From NCBI GenBank assembly GCA_013265495.1, contig MU058418.1, positions 434,001-498,000 on the forward strand: a DNA stretch of 64,000 nucleotides, in the 5' to 3' direction. This document shows positions 1 to 13,489 of the stretch, in pieces. The notes under the pieces were generated by a model. That model searched no databases. It was given only the letters and a program-made list of their open reading frames with translations, and had not been told where the DNA came from. The stretch is from Vicugna vicugna (taxonomy: Eukaryota). A program made the position numbers and the translations under genes. Positions within the stretch are counted from its first letter, which is position 1, and every line of letters begins with the position of its first letter.

Positions 1-229
1 AGGCTTTGGAAATACAAGGTCTTAACAAGCATGGTGTATGCTTTGGGCTTTGGCATTTCTGTGATTAGTAGAGTGGAAATAGATAGGGACACTGCAGCCA
101 CCCTTATTCTTTCACCCCCAACATAATCACCTATTGTTTATGCTGAGAGAGTTCTTCCAAAAACAGACGAAAGCATGGCCATATACCTTGGGGCAGAACG
201 ATAAAAGGAGGCAAGTAATCAGATTAGCA

Positions 230-1960
230 AAAATCCAAAAGTTTGACCACCTACTGAGTTGGCAGGCTAGAGAACAGGGATGGTACATATTGCCAGTGAG
301 AATGTAAAAGGCATACTGTGCAAGATCATTTGATAATCCCTAGCACAATTACATATATGTTTATATAATATGTAACTACATACATTTACATTTGACCCAA
401 AAATCCCAATTCTAGAAATCCTTCCCCAAATACAAAATGACTTATGCACAAGGCTGTATAGTGTTATCTGTAATAGCAAAAGATTGGAAACAAACCAAAT
501 AACCACAAGTAGGGGACTAGTTGAATAACCTGGGGTAGATCCATGCAATGAAACACAGTATATAACTCTAAAAATAGAATAAGGGCCATCTCTTTTTTTT
601 AATTTGATAAACATTAAAATTTAAAACTTTAATACATTAATAATACTTGTATCAAATATAAGATATGAGTTGATACTTTTTCTTTGTGAAACATTCTTAT
701 AAATCAATGAGAAAAGCACTAAAACTATCTCTTTACACTGATGTGGAGTGATCTCTGGAATTTATATCAGCTTTAAACAACAACACAACCAAGGTGCAGA
801 ATAGAATAGTATGCTTTTTTGGTAAGATACATATTTATATACATTTGGGATGGGGGAAAACAGGTGGACGGGACTGGCGTGGAAGCAGGCTACTCTGATG
901 AATATACCTCATACCTAAACTCAAAACTATATAGTTTTGAGTTTAGAATCATGTATAGACATATTCAAAATAATTTTAAATTAAAATGAAAAATGTAATT
1001 CCTAAAATTTGAAAACAACTAAAGCAAATTACCTAACTGTATATTAAGTTGGTGGCATAATCACACCAAGTAAACAATTAAATGACTTTAGAAAATAGTG
1101 TTTTCACTGTACATTCATAGAGGAATATATTTTTAGGATAAATAGATTTACAAAAAAGTCTTAAACTTTATTCAGTAGTCTTATTGCTGGTAGAAATATA
1201 GATAGTATTACCTTCAAACTGTTCTTGTTTATTACAGGTAAAAACCAATATTAGAGTTGTTAGGAATGATTATCAGAGAAGTAGAATCCATGTAAGGTTA
1301 AAGGTGAATTGGGAATATGAACTAGTGATTCTGTCTTTTAAAAAAAAATTTTTAATGGTAGTAATGGGGATTCAACCCAGGACCTCATGCATACTAAGTA
1401 TTCACTCTACCACTGAACTATAACCTCCCTCCTTGATTTTGCCTTCTTAAAAATGTTTCTTCTATCCAAACAGGAGAATTTTTACATTTATTGAAGAAGA
1501 AAAAAACATTTACTTGTTTTATCCCTCAAAAAGCCCTAGAAGTAATGATAATCGTGTACCAGTGAGCACCTTTAGCATTCATGTCATATTCTCAATATAT
1601 CACTTCTTATTAAAATAAAGGAAGTTCTTTGGAGGAATGGCAGATGTCAGGTCTGGGGCTAGAAATGCACGTGATGATCCTGGGACACCCTGTTTGGTGA
1701 ATCAAGGAAACTATTAAAGTCTAAAGTCTAATGGAATAGGTCAAAGGGAAAGAGTGATTGGCATAAAGGAGCTTCCACTGGCTGAAAAGGGGACACTCTG
1801 AGCCTCAAAAAAGAGAAGCCAACTACAACTGATTGAAATTCATTGATGACATATAAATCCTTGGGTTGATTATTAGACATAACTAGAGCAATACACTGAG
1901 TATTTGCAATATAATGAAAGAATTGAGCATTTATTCTGCCTTTCCTGTATGACTTACATT
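230..1960 (+). mobile_element. Old L1M (L1MC/ME-type) 3' region, fragmented
   Basis: Degenerate ORF2-end motifs (TGACCC..AATCCCA.TTCTAG, ATAGCAAAAGATTGGAAACAAACCAAAT); apparently resumes at about 2440-3300 after an LTR. Confidence 0.6.
1349..1432 (-). mobile_element. tRNA-Ala-derived SINE (camelid Vic-1-like), short tail
   Basis: Reverse complement has A-box/B-box-like TAGTTCAGTGG...GGTTGAATCC; similar to the three other copies; degenerate TSD. Confidence 0.8.
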
Positions 1961-1966
1961 TAGTGG

Positions 1967-2430
1967 TGTCTTAGCCTGGCTTACCCCCTTGGAAGCTGAA
2001 CATGAGACAAGGGCTTACTTTCAGATAGTTTATTTTGGACAGTGATCTCGGGAAACAGCAGTGGATGACTAGGAGAGTGAAACAGGAAAAGTCAATACAA
2101 GTGTGTTCTTAAGTTAGTCATCACTGTGGGCAAGTAAGGCCTTGAGCCTGCTGGGCCCCCTTAAGTTGCTACGAGAATATATTCTTCAGCTTGATGCAAG
2201 AGAGGAGCAGTTATCTACCAGCTTCCATCTCCCATTGGTCCAAATTTACCCCTTGGGACCTTAGCCCCCTCACTCTTCTAAGTTGTCACGAAGTCAGAGG
2301 AACTCAGGGGACAGAACATGAAATGTATGCAGTACAAATGAAGAGAGGTGCTGTCAGTTTACTCCCGCAGGAAGCAGGTTGTTTCAGCAATGGCTACAGT
2401 AGGAGTCAGGCTGGGAGGATGTGAAACTGG
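1967..2430 (-). mobile_element. ERVL solo LTR (LTR16-like)
   Basis: TGTCTTAG...TGAGACAAGG...TAGTTTATTTTGGACAGTGATC resembles the reverse complement of the LTR16-type 3' end. Confidence 0.6.
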
Positions 2431-3559
2431 GAACACATGCCTCTTCTAATGTGGTAACCAAATAGTTCGGGCTGATGAGAGAAAGTTTATAACACAATTC
2501 CATCTGATAGAAGGGGAACAAAGGACAGAATTAGGAAATCACCATATTGTAATTCCTTATGAAATAATTCAGGCAGCAATCAATAGATGAGAGGCTGGTG
2601 GGGAATTCCACAGTGGAGGCAGCAGGCTGACACTACCTGCAACCACTAACCAATCTCAGCATCACTAGAAGTGGGGAGTCCACACAGCTGTGCCTCTTAT
2701 TGTGGTTCATTATGAAATACATAGCACAACCTGTGAAATATTCTTGCCAAACTAGGTGAATCTAAATTGCTTCAAGCTTGTAGGTCTAACTTCCAATTTT
2801 CTAGAACAAGTGAAAGAGCTTCACAAGGAAGCAAACAGATCAATCCAGCAAGTAAGATATTCTATAAGCCAACAAGACAAGGGGGTAAAATGGGAATGAG
2901 TAAAAAGACTCTTCTACATTGAAAGATTTTTAAGGGGTATGCCAAACCAAGTGTAATTTGTGGACCTTGTCTGGATCCTGATTCTTATAAGCCAACGGTA
3001 AAAAAAAAAGTAAGTTTTGAGACATTTAAAGAAATCTGATATATAGTTTTGATATATTAGATATTGTAAAAAATTATTAATTTTATGTGAGTTTATAAGA
3101 AAATGTCCATATTTTTAAGCAATGCATACAGGGATAGAATAACACAATGTTGGGAATTTGCTTTAAGATGCTTTAGAAGGGGAAAAAAGAAATGAAGCAA
3201 GTGCTAAAATCTAGGAAGTTGTTGATTCAGGATGATAAGTATGTGATATTTGTTATTCAATTTTGTGTATGGTTGAATATTTGCATAATAAAAAAATTAA
3301 AGAGGCAAGTAAATATTCTCATCCCTTTTTTTAAAATAAATGGAAGTCAGTCAAGTAAATTGCCCAAAATCATAAAGCTGGAAAGTGGTAGAGCTAGAAT
3401 TAAAGCTCCTCTCACTCCTTCCCCTATATCCTGTTGTCTTTAGAATTGAATGCATTTGTTTATTTATTTGTTTATTTTCTGGCGTCAGGTACACATAACT
3501 GCTTCTTAACACACTTGCATCATTGGGTCACACACTGTTCTTTTTTGTTTTATTAAGGT

Positions 3560-4079
3560 TGTTAGTAGTCTCCAGGATAGTGCCTAGTGACCCCTGCATC
3601 CTAATAGTCATACCCTGTGTAGGCCCCTTCCACCTTGTCTTGGAGTTGGTATGTGTGATCAGTAGCATCCAGCAAAAGTCATGGTGTGTTAGTTCAATAG
3701 TAGTTTTATGAGAGACATTGCAGCTTCTATCTTGGGCTCTCTCTTACTCATATTCTCTTTCTCTCTCTCTCTCTGAGTGCTTGCTTTGGTGGGGGAAGCT
3801 ATGTCATGAGCAGTCCTATGGAGAGGCCTTTGTGACAAGGAACTGAGACTTATGCCGAGAGCCCTGTGAATGAGCCCTGTTGGAAGCAGATCCTCCAGCT
3901 CTTTTAGAGACTGCAGCCCTGACTCACAACTACTGTAACCTCATGAGAGACTCTGACCCAAACCACCCAGCTAAGATGCACCCAGATGCCTGACCCAAGA
4001 AACGATGTGAAACAACAGATACTGTTTTAAGTTGCTAAATTATAGGAAAACTTGTTATGCTATAATAAAAAAGAACACA
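3560..4079 (+). mobile_element. MaLR solo LTR (MLT1F-like)
   Basis: TGCAGCCCTG..AACCTCATGAGAGACTCTGA..CACCCAGCTAAG...TGTTTTAAGTTGCTAAAT..TTGTTATGC MLT1 3' motifs. Confidence 0.75.
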
Positions 4080-4164
4080 AATATCTATTAATCTTTGTAT
4101 AATATAATATATACAGTAAACCCACCACCAGCACAAGAACTAGAATATTGAAAATAGCTTACTT

Positions 4165-4293
4165 TTTTTTAAAATTTATTTTGGGGGGGGTAATTAGGTT
4201 TACTTATCTTTTTTTTTTTTCAATTGGATTGAACCCAGGACCTTGTGCATCCTAAGCTCACACTCTACCATTGATCTATACCTCCCCCCAACC
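4165..4293 (-). mobile_element. tRNA-Ala-derived SINE (Vic-1-like)
   Basis: tRNA-like head, AAACCTAATTACCCCC tail motif and A-rich tail; TSD AAA(T/C)AGCTTACTT at 4152-4164 and 4294-4306. Confidence 0.85.
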
Positions 4294-4309
4294 AAACAGC
4301 TTACTTCTG

Positions 4310-4901
4310 ACTGTGTGGCCTTCCTCCATCCCATTCTCCTTACTTCTTTAACTCAAAGTTATCTTTATCTTGAATTTGTATTTATCATTCTTATGATTTT
4401 TAAAACACATAGTTTAATACTATATGTATTCCTAAAAGGTATATTATTTAGTTCGTTATTTTTAGCTTAAAAAGTAGGTTCCATGCTAGATGTAATTTTC
4501 TGTGACCTTTTTTCCTTACTCAACATTATTTTGCTGAGATGCACCCATATTGATGTTTATAGTGGCAGTTCATTTGCTTTGACTGCTGTATAATATCCAC
4601 TGGGTGAATATACCATACTTTATCCCTTCTGTCAATGGGCATTTGGATTGCTTCCAGATTTTTTTTCCCCTATTACAACAATGTTGCCGTGAAGAAGTTT
4701 ACAGATGCTTCCAGGTTCACATGTCAAGAGCCTACGTCTAGCATTGGAATTACTGAGTTGCAGAGTATGTAAATATTTGATTTTAATAGACAATCCCAAA
4801 CAGCTTTCCAAAGTGGCTTTTCTAGTTTACACTTCCACCAGCCATTTACAAGAGATCTTGTTGATCACACCCTCTCAACAGTTGATATTGTCAGGCTTCT
4901 T
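4310..4901 (-). mobile_element. Old L1ME-type fragment, host of the young L1; resumes at about 6448-6510
   Basis: GGGCATTTGGATTGCTTCCAG and TTTCCAAAGTGG..TTTACACTTCCACCAGC motifs. Confidence 0.65.
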
Positions 4902-4914
4902 AAAATTTCCAACA

Positions 4915-6434
4915 CAAGAGAAAGAAATAAAAGGGATCTAAATTGGAAAAGAAGAGGTAAAAGTGTCATTATATGCTGATGACATGTTACTATATATAGA
5001 AAACCCTAAAAGGTCCACACAAAAGCTACTAGAGCTGATTGAAGAATTCAGCAAGGTAGGAGGTTACAAAATCAACGTTCAAAAGTCAGTTGCACTTCTT
5101 TACACTAACGATAAATCAACAGAAAAAGAAAGTAAAGAAACAATCCCCTTTAAAATAGCACCCAAAGTAATAAAATATCTGGGAATAAATCTAACCAAGG
5201 AGGTGAAAGAATTATACACAGAAAACTATAAACCATTGATGAAGGAAATTAAAGAAGACTTTAAAAAATGGAAAGATATTCCATGCTCTTGGATTGGAAG
5301 AATCAATATTGTTAAAATGGTCACACTGCCCAAGGCAATCTACAGATTTAATGCAATCCCTATCCAATACCGACAAAGGCTTGATCTCCAGAATATATAA
5401 GCAGCTCATACAACTCAATAAGAAAAAAATAAACAACCCAATCCAAAAATGGGCAGAAGACCTAAACAAGCAATTCTCCAAGGAAGACATACAAATGATC
5501 AAAAAGCACATGAAAAAATGCTCAATATCACTAATTATCAGAGAAATGCAAATCAAAACTACAATGAGGTATCACCTCACACCAGTCAGAATGGCCGTCA
5601 TTCAAAAATCCACAAATGACAAATGCTGGAGAGGCTGTGGAGAAAGGGGAACCCTCCTACACTGCTGGTGGGAATGCAGTTTGGTGCAGCCACTATGGAA
5701 AACAGTGTGGAGATTCCTCAAAAGACTAGGAATAGACTTACCATATGACCCAGGAATCCCACTCCTGGGCTTGTATCCAGAAGGAAATCTACTTCAGGAT
5801 GACACCTGCACCCCAATGTTCATAGCAGCACTATTTACAATAGCCAAAACATGGAAACAGCCTAAATGTCCATCAACAGGTGACTGGATAAAGAAGATGT
5901 GGTATATTTATACAATGGAATACTACTCAGCCATAAAAACCGACAACATAACGCCATTTGCAGCAACATGAATGCTCCTAGAGAATGTCATTCTAAGTGA
6001 AGTAAGCCAGAAAGAGAAAGAAAAATACCATATGAGATTGTTCATATGTGGAATCTAAAAAACAAAAACAAAAACAAACAAGCAAACAAAAACAAAGCAT
6101 AAATAAAGGACAGAAATAGACTCACAGACAGAGAATACAGACTTGTGGTTACCAGGGGGGTGGAGGATGGGAAGGGATAGACTGGGATTTTAAAATTGTA
6201 GAATAGATAAACGAGATTACACTGTATAGCACAGGGAAATATACACAAAATATTATGATAACTCACAGAGGAAAAAATGTGACAATGAGTGTGTGTATGT
6301 CCATGAATGACTGAAAAATTGTGCTGAATAACAAATATTTATGTGGTGTCTATTCTTCAGCGGACACTGTATTAAAAGTGGAGATGTTGACACAACATTG
6401 TAAAATGATTATAAATCAATAAAAAATGTTAAAA
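4915..6434 (+). mobile_element. Young 5'-truncated LINE-1 (ORF2 RT to C-terminus plus 3' UTR), inactive
   Basis: ORF2 peptides [10 protein letters not shown] (RT), HCWWEC and [20 protein letters not shown] plus A-tail; perfect 13-bp TSD AAAATTTCCAACA at 4902-4914 and 6435-6447; canonical TT|AAAA endonuclease site; premature stops and an internal deletion. Confidence 0.97.
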
Positions 6435-7509
6435 AAAATTTCCAACAAATGTGTATAAAATGGAATTTCATTACAGTAGGAATCTGCATTTCCCACATCA
6501 CTGAATGTCCTTTCCATCTTACAGATTAGCCTTCAAAGATGATGTGGGAAAGTATATATGACTACAATTCTTTATTTTAATTGTCTCTATTTAATTTTTA
6601 GGTCTTCCTTTCTCAAATCCTCCCTCCCCGTGTTCCCAATAGTCCTTTCTTGCCATCTTCTAATGTTCTTAGTTTTGACCTTAGGACAACTATAATTAGG
6701 GAGGAAATGGACCAAGACTACTCTCCTTTTTTCCTAGTTTCTCTCCCTACAGGGCAGCAATGTGGAATTGACTAGCAATGCTGCTAGTTAATTTCCCACT
6801 AGGATTAGCTCAATGAGGGCAGAACTTGTTCCCTTTCGTTTACAAAGACCCTTTCTGGGAGACTATTTTCTTTTATGAACTTGAAATGAAAAAAATAATC
6901 TGCTGAGTTTTTTACTTGAACATAGACAGCATTAAAAATGGTTAGCAATCTGAGTTCTACACCTCTGTCCTGAATATTATCATAGGCTAGTCATTAACCC
7001 TTTTAAACAAAAGTTTGAAACAAAAGTAGATGATCTCTGTGGTTCAGTTAAGTATCAAAATGTTTTTATTCCATGAACAAAATTAACTAGTAGACTAATC
7101 TGGTCCTTATGGTCACTTCATTCTCTCTCTCTGTCTCAGTCTCTGATCCAACCAACCCAGTTAATCTTGGCATTAACATAGGTTGAGATGCGAGATCCAT
7201 AAGGAGGATTTCAGAGAGGACTCTACCATCCTTCTTTAATTGCTCTGTTTGTCATTGCATCTCCACTTTTAATACAGTGTCCGCTGAAGAATAGACACCA
7301 CATAAATATTTGTTGGTCAGTTGAATGCATAATGATTAAATGAGCTAGGTCTTTATTCTCTATTCCTACCTTCACTCCACTATCACACTCAAAGTTAAAA
7401 GTTATTTGAGTTGTATTTTATTTATGATAAGATCAGGAAGCCCAGAGCAGAGAACATCTCCATGACCACAAGTTCAGCTAGTTCTCCATTGCCTTTTAAA
7501 CATTTCTCA

Positions 7510-7635
7510 CAAAGACCAAAAAATCACCACAACCAACTGAATCAAAATGTCTGGGCATAAGGACCAGGTATCAGTATTTTTCAAATACTCCTCAGGAGAT
7601 TCTAACATACAACCAAGGTTGTAAATCATTAATCT
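7510..7635. mobile_element. MER5-type hAT fragment
   Basis: ACTGAATCAAAAT..CTGGG...TCCTCAGGAGATTCTAA..ACAACCAAGGTTG. Confidence 0.55.
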
Positions 7636-8849
7636 AGAATAATTATAATCTAACCTTTTTTTCTCATATCTCATTGGTTCTTTCTCTTCCCCTCCTTCCT
7701 CTACCCTACCCCATCATTCTATCTCGTCCTTTCTGTCTACTTTCCTTCTTTATTTTCTCTTTGTTTTTTTTTTTCAAGAAGTATATAGGTCAGACTACAT
7801 CCCCTAGGGTTCTAGAGAAAATGTGACAGAATTCTATACACAGAAAAATCCTCCTTTTGTTTTGTAGATTGGATATATAGGTAATATCAGGACATACTGC
7901 ATTTAATATATGTATAAAAGCTGACAACAAAATTTGACAATGACAAAAAGCATTTTGTCAGTAACTGCTGCCCTATAAATCTAGCCCCTAAATTACCTGA
8001 TAATACTTTCTCTGTCTTAAAAATGCAGTTTTCTTCTAAAATTGGAAAATGTTTTATTCAGAGATGGATGGATCTATGGGAGAAAAAATCAAATCAGTAT
8101 GGTCAGTTAATTCTAAGAAATCACTTCACACATTTACTGAAACAATTCGGTCAAACCATTCTTTTCATAAGTTCAATGACCAGTTCAATTAAATAAGTCA
8201 GTTTGAAGCCCCATGTAGACTAACACTAATTCCTGTCTAGAAATAGCTAGTAAAAATCCCCCAAATTAGAGACATCATATGCAAATGCTATTATGATATG
8301 GCCCATAGATAAGTGGATCTTTAAAAACTATTTTTTCCCAAATAAAGATGACATATCTGAAATGAGAGGGAGAAAGAGAAGGAGATTCCATTATTAACCT
8401 TGGACATACGGAAGAAGTGATATCAGCTTGCTGGGCTAAAAAGAATCTGTGCAAGACCATCTGAGAAGATCAGGTGATTAGGAAAAATCATATGAGGTCA
8501 TTTCCCAACAGCTGACACCCACATAAGAGAGATGTCCTTATCAACTGCTATGATATCAGAGCTGTTTCTCAAACATATCCTGGTTTAAATCATTCAGAAG
8601 AGCTTGCTGTGATATTTTCTGTTCTTTGAAACCATGCCATAAACAAACATCTGTAATAAATATGTTTGAATATTATACGGCTGGTATGACGATGTTGGGA
8701 GTAATAGGTCTGAAGTACATAACCAAATAAAAGGAATATACTGATGTCAAAGAGAGTTAAAAGTTGCTTTATTTTTCTAAGAATAAGAGACTGGGTCCCC
8801 ATAGTCTAAACAGGGAAGCATCTATAAGACGCTGTTTCCATGGAGAGTG

Positions 8850-9110
8850 ACAGAGCTTGGTGATTAAAGGATCACACATGGGAGTTAGATGCCCTGCATT
8901 TGAATTCCAGCTTTGCTGTTAACCAATAGTGCAAAATTAGGCAAATTATGTAATTTACTCTCAGTACTGTGGTTTTCTTAGTTGTAAAATGGGAAGAAAA
9001 GTAATCCCTATATCAGTAGGTAATTTTGAATATTAGCATGAGTTCATAAACATAAAGTACTTAGATCAGTGCCTGGCACACAGGAAACTTACAACATAAA
9101 CCCCTATCAT
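8850..9110 (+). mobile_element. MIR SINE
   Basis: TTTGAATTCCAGCTTTGC, GTAAAATGGG and AAAGTACTTAGATCAGTGCCTGGCACA core motifs. Confidence 0.7.
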
Positions 9111-10359
9111 TCTCCACTATTAAACCACAGATCCTCTTCAAATCAATAAAAAAGATAGATATAAAGTGCTTTCATTTCTTACATTCCTAGGAGAATAGCT
9201 GATTTTAACTCCAGAAGAAAATGTACAGTTTACCCACATAGTGTAAGCATGTATATACATGCAAAAGACAACTGAAATACTGTGTTGTGTGGAAGTATTA
9301 TGGTGAGGTGTTGTTGTAAGGATGTTGCAAGTTATATGGCTTAGAACTTATTTTATTTAGATAGAAATCTATTAACTGTTGAAGACCTCTTCTGAATTAG
9401 ACTTTGCTTACAGAGGTCCTTCTGTGGTATTTTTAACTGGGTTTTTTTTTTTTTTTTACATATTGTTACTTTTTATTATAGTTTTGAAACTTTACACAAA
9501 AGTAGGAAAAGCAGGATATGTACTCATTATCCAATTTTGGCACATTTTTCACTCCCCTTCCAAACACTGCTGGAGTATTTAAACCAAACCTAGCTATCAT
9601 ATTTTGCCTCTTAATATTTCAGAATTTATTTATAAGAAATAAAGATCTCCTTTCTAGAAAAAGTAACCAGGATTGCAGTAACCCAGTCATACAATTGCAC
9701 CTAAAAAAATGATCAAAATTCTTAATATTCAAATTGTTTAAAAAATGTCTTTATATAGTTGATTTGTTTAAATCAAGAGCCAAACAAGGTAAAATGGGTA
9801 GTTTATGTTGTTAACTATTTGATTTTATATTCCGGAAGATGTTTCATCTTTATACTCATTCTAAAGGGAAATGAATGACCAAGGCTGCAATTTGAAATTA
9901 AAATCATGATGACAGCAGAATAGGAAAACCTAGAGTGAGACGTGGAAGTCTTACAGCTTTGGGTTTTCACTTGTGACGCTGACCTAGGGTTCTAGTTTAT
10001 GACAGTAGATTCTTTTGCTACTGTAGAAAGAAGAAAAATAATCCTTTTAAAGTACTTGTGCTATAGGAAGCATATGGAGATAAAAAACAGCCTGTCTGTA
10101 GGCATTCCAAGACCCCGAAGCTGCATGAACTAGTCAACATCTCAATCTTTGAAGTTCCCTGGGTGTAGAACTCCCTCCTGTTTTTCACCTATCCTAAACT
10201 CTGAGTCTCTTCCTTAAAAATACTTACAAGGGATTTGTTGGTAACACTTGCTCCTTGGTTCTTGTATTTTATAATCATGTCTCGGGTTTTTACTTTCTGT
10301 ATAGGACTATTTGCATATGCCTCTTAAAACTTGAATCTAATGTTTTATTGGATTTCATT

Positions 10360-10727
10360 TTTTAAATTGAATATAGTCGATTTATAATGTGTTCATTTCT
10401 GGTGTACAGCATAGTGATTCAGTTATACATATATGTATTCCTTTTCATATTCTTTTTTATTATAGGCTATTACAAGATATTGAATATAGTTCCCTGTGCT
10501 GTACAGTGGAACATTGTTGTTAATCTATTTTATATATGGTAGTTAGTTTCTGAAAATCTTGAACTCCCAATTTATCTCTCCCTACCCCCTAACCGCCCTG
10601 GTAACCATAAGCTTATTTTCTATGTCTGTGAATCTGTTTCTGTTTTGTAAATAAGTTCATTTGTGTTCTTCTTTTTAGATTCCACATATAAATGGTATCA
10701 TATGGTAATTTTCTTTCTCTTTATGGC
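10360..10727 (-). mobile_element. L1 3'-UTR fragment (5'-truncated)
   Basis: TTTAGATTCCACATATAA and GGTAACCATAAG L1 3'-end motifs; TSD TTATTGGA(T/C)TTCATT at 10345-10359 and 10728-10742. Confidence 0.88.
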
Positions 10728-11339
10728 TTATTGGACTTCATTGTTTTCTAAAATATTATTTAATATGACTGCCACTGAAGTCCCCAAGTGTTTTTACAAG
10801 GAGAGACTTTATAATCCCTCTATAGGTCGCTTGTAATTATCAGAATAAATGAGATTCCCCTTTCAAAGGAGATGGATAGGAAAAAAGTAACAAAGGTAGT
10901 ATTTATAAAGATAAGATGTTAACATCTTTGTTTGATGGGGGGAATCTAAAATTAAATGAACCCACATCCTTCTGTGGATTCCCATGGTATAACCTCTTGC
11001 AGCTATGAAAACTAATGAGTAAATCATCTTTATTGATTAGGACCTCAAAATAGAGTGTCTTTTATCTTGCATGCTTCTTTCCCTCAGGTCCCATTTATTA
11101 TTGTAAAATTACCATTGCTTCTATATTTCCTTTTATAATGTCTTCTGGAGTCTGGTTTGATAAAACTATATAGAGTTAAGATACTAGGCTCTGGAATAAG
11201 GCTGGATCTAAATCTTGGTTTCATCACTTCCTAGCTGAATGTCTTTGGATAAGTCTCTTAACCTTTCTGTGCTTTGGTTTATTCATCTGTAAAATGGATG
11301 TAAAATACCTATATACCTATCTTGTTATAAAATATATTT

Positions 11340-11753
11340 GATTATAGTTCGGCAAATATTCACTGCCATTTCCCTTGGGGTAATTTTCCCTCCCTATCAA
11401 TGTTGGTCTTGGTTATGGAATGTGGCTGGAAGTGATGGTGTGCCAGTTCCAAGCCTTGCAGCATGTGTTTTCATTTACCCTCTACCATCACTATGAGAAG
11501 AGCATGCCCCAGACAGCTGTTCTTCCCAAAGTAATGAGACACATATGCAGCAGATCTAACCTAACAAACACCCTACAGCCAGTCTCCCCTGCCCACAGCC
11601 TGAAGCAGAGCTATGCAGCAGCACTTAACCTAGATCACCCAAACCACAGCTGGCCTGCAGGGATGAGAAAGAATAAATGCCAGTTGCTGTAAGGTATTGG
11701 ATTTCTGGGTAGCTTGTTACAAAGTATTATTGCAGCAATAGCTGACTAATACA
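11340..11753 (+). mobile_element. MaLR solo LTR (MLT1I-like) nested in a MIR (about 11175-11330 and 11755-11860)
   Basis: Ends TTGTTAC...GCAGCAATAGCTGACTAATACA; MIR halves flank it on both sides. Confidence 0.7.
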
Positions 11754-13489
11754 CAAGATTATTGTGAAGAACAAATAAGATAATTTAGGTAAATCATTTA
11801 GCCTAGTGCTAGGCATATAGTCAGTACTCTGCTCAATTAATGTTTACTATGACATTATTATTACTATCATCATCATCATCACTATTACTATTTCTTTTCT
11901 GGGTAAAAATGTCCAAGCCATATATTGTGATTAATTTATAACACAGCATTAGACCATATACAGTGAACAATGCTCTGAGTTGGCATCCACACAGCTCCTA
12001 GCATTGGCAATAGACGGTGCTTATTCTGGCAGATGCTGACATCTCTTGAACTCTGCCTGTGGCTCATGTGGTTCCACCTCTTCTCTACTTTAGCCTACTC
12101 AGCCTCTTATCTAGTTTTGTATAAAAAACTTGTTTCACAAGCATACATCCAGAACTTTTTTGTCTTATGTTTATGCCAGTGGTTACTGAACTCCATTTTT
12201 GCTACCTTTGTTCACTGATTAGCCCCCAAATAATCTAGTGTATGGGCTATGGAGGGCATAGTTAGAGGAGGAAGTCCTTTGGGATATAAGTCAGGAAATT
12301 ATATGAGGTGTAAGGAGTAGGGACAGACGAAAGTAATGAAAAGTCCCAGCTTAACTTTTATTTAGTTTGACCTTTGCTTGCTCTATAAATTTTATTTTCC
12401 ATTACAGTAATACCTAAGGTCATACTGTTACATACAATGTGCTAAAAAGAAAAGGTACGTGTCAAGAATTCTCACTGAAAATCTGAATTCTGCCTCGTGA
12501 CTTACAAGTCAATAAATAATTATTGGGCAGTTGAAATATATCTTGTGCTGATATATGACAGTGTATATAATACATACCATATTTGATTGATTCTAAGACA
12601 TGCCTTTGTTCATATTTTAACATCTCTGAAATCAACATGCAGCTTATAATTGGTGGTATGTGGTAGTTTGATTGTCATAGCTTTTGTTGTGATTATTGAT
12701 ATCTCACTGTCTTATGGTGACACTTATTTCTTGTTCACATTATGCAGAGCAGTGGGGTTGGCTGTGGCTCCACTGGCCTTTGTTCTGGTTGGTCTGACTG
12801 GACTTGACTGTACAGCTATGTATGTTGTTCTAGAAACCAGTCAGAAGGACAGGCCACTTTCTGGGTCTATTCTACTATTATCTCACGGTTGAAGGAAGAA
12901 GCAAAAGCTAAATCTAACCTCACAGACGTTTTTAAAGCTTTTGGACACGGCCTCAGTCATGTCTACTCACGTTTAATTGGTCAAAGCAAGTCACGTGGTC
13001 AGTTCTGACAATGGCATGGAGAAGTGTGCTCCACACACTGTGAGGCTGGTAAGGGAAGATGTGGACGGACGTTGGGAATAACAGCACAATGTACACAGCA
13101 CAGCTGCACTTCTCCTTTTTTCATGGTACTTAAAACAATGGTGTGTCTCACAATAGTTGGCATCTGAAGAGTCAATGTAATATGATAATCTTTATTAGGA
13201 TTTAAGAGAATCTGTTCTTTAGGCATAATATCTTGATGAGCTTCTTTTTACTTTCTTCTAGTTGGGTTTTAAAGGCTAAAAGCAGAGATTCATTTACTTT
13301 TTCCATGTTTTTTTTTCCTCATTAATTCAGAACACTTAATAATGGATATAAAAGAGATTCATTGACATTCTTTCGTTAATCCTGAATTAAGTCATTATTG
13401 TTACCTAATTTACCCTAATTTCAGTGGGTAAAGGAAGCTGAATTATGAGAAGTGACCCCAGGACTAGGCTTGTTGCATCATTTATTATT

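Noticed and set aside
4963..5971. ORFs of 145 and 225 aa as a functional reverse-transcriptase gene or novel system
   Set aside because: They are fragments of a truncated, internally deleted L1 ORF2 with premature stops.
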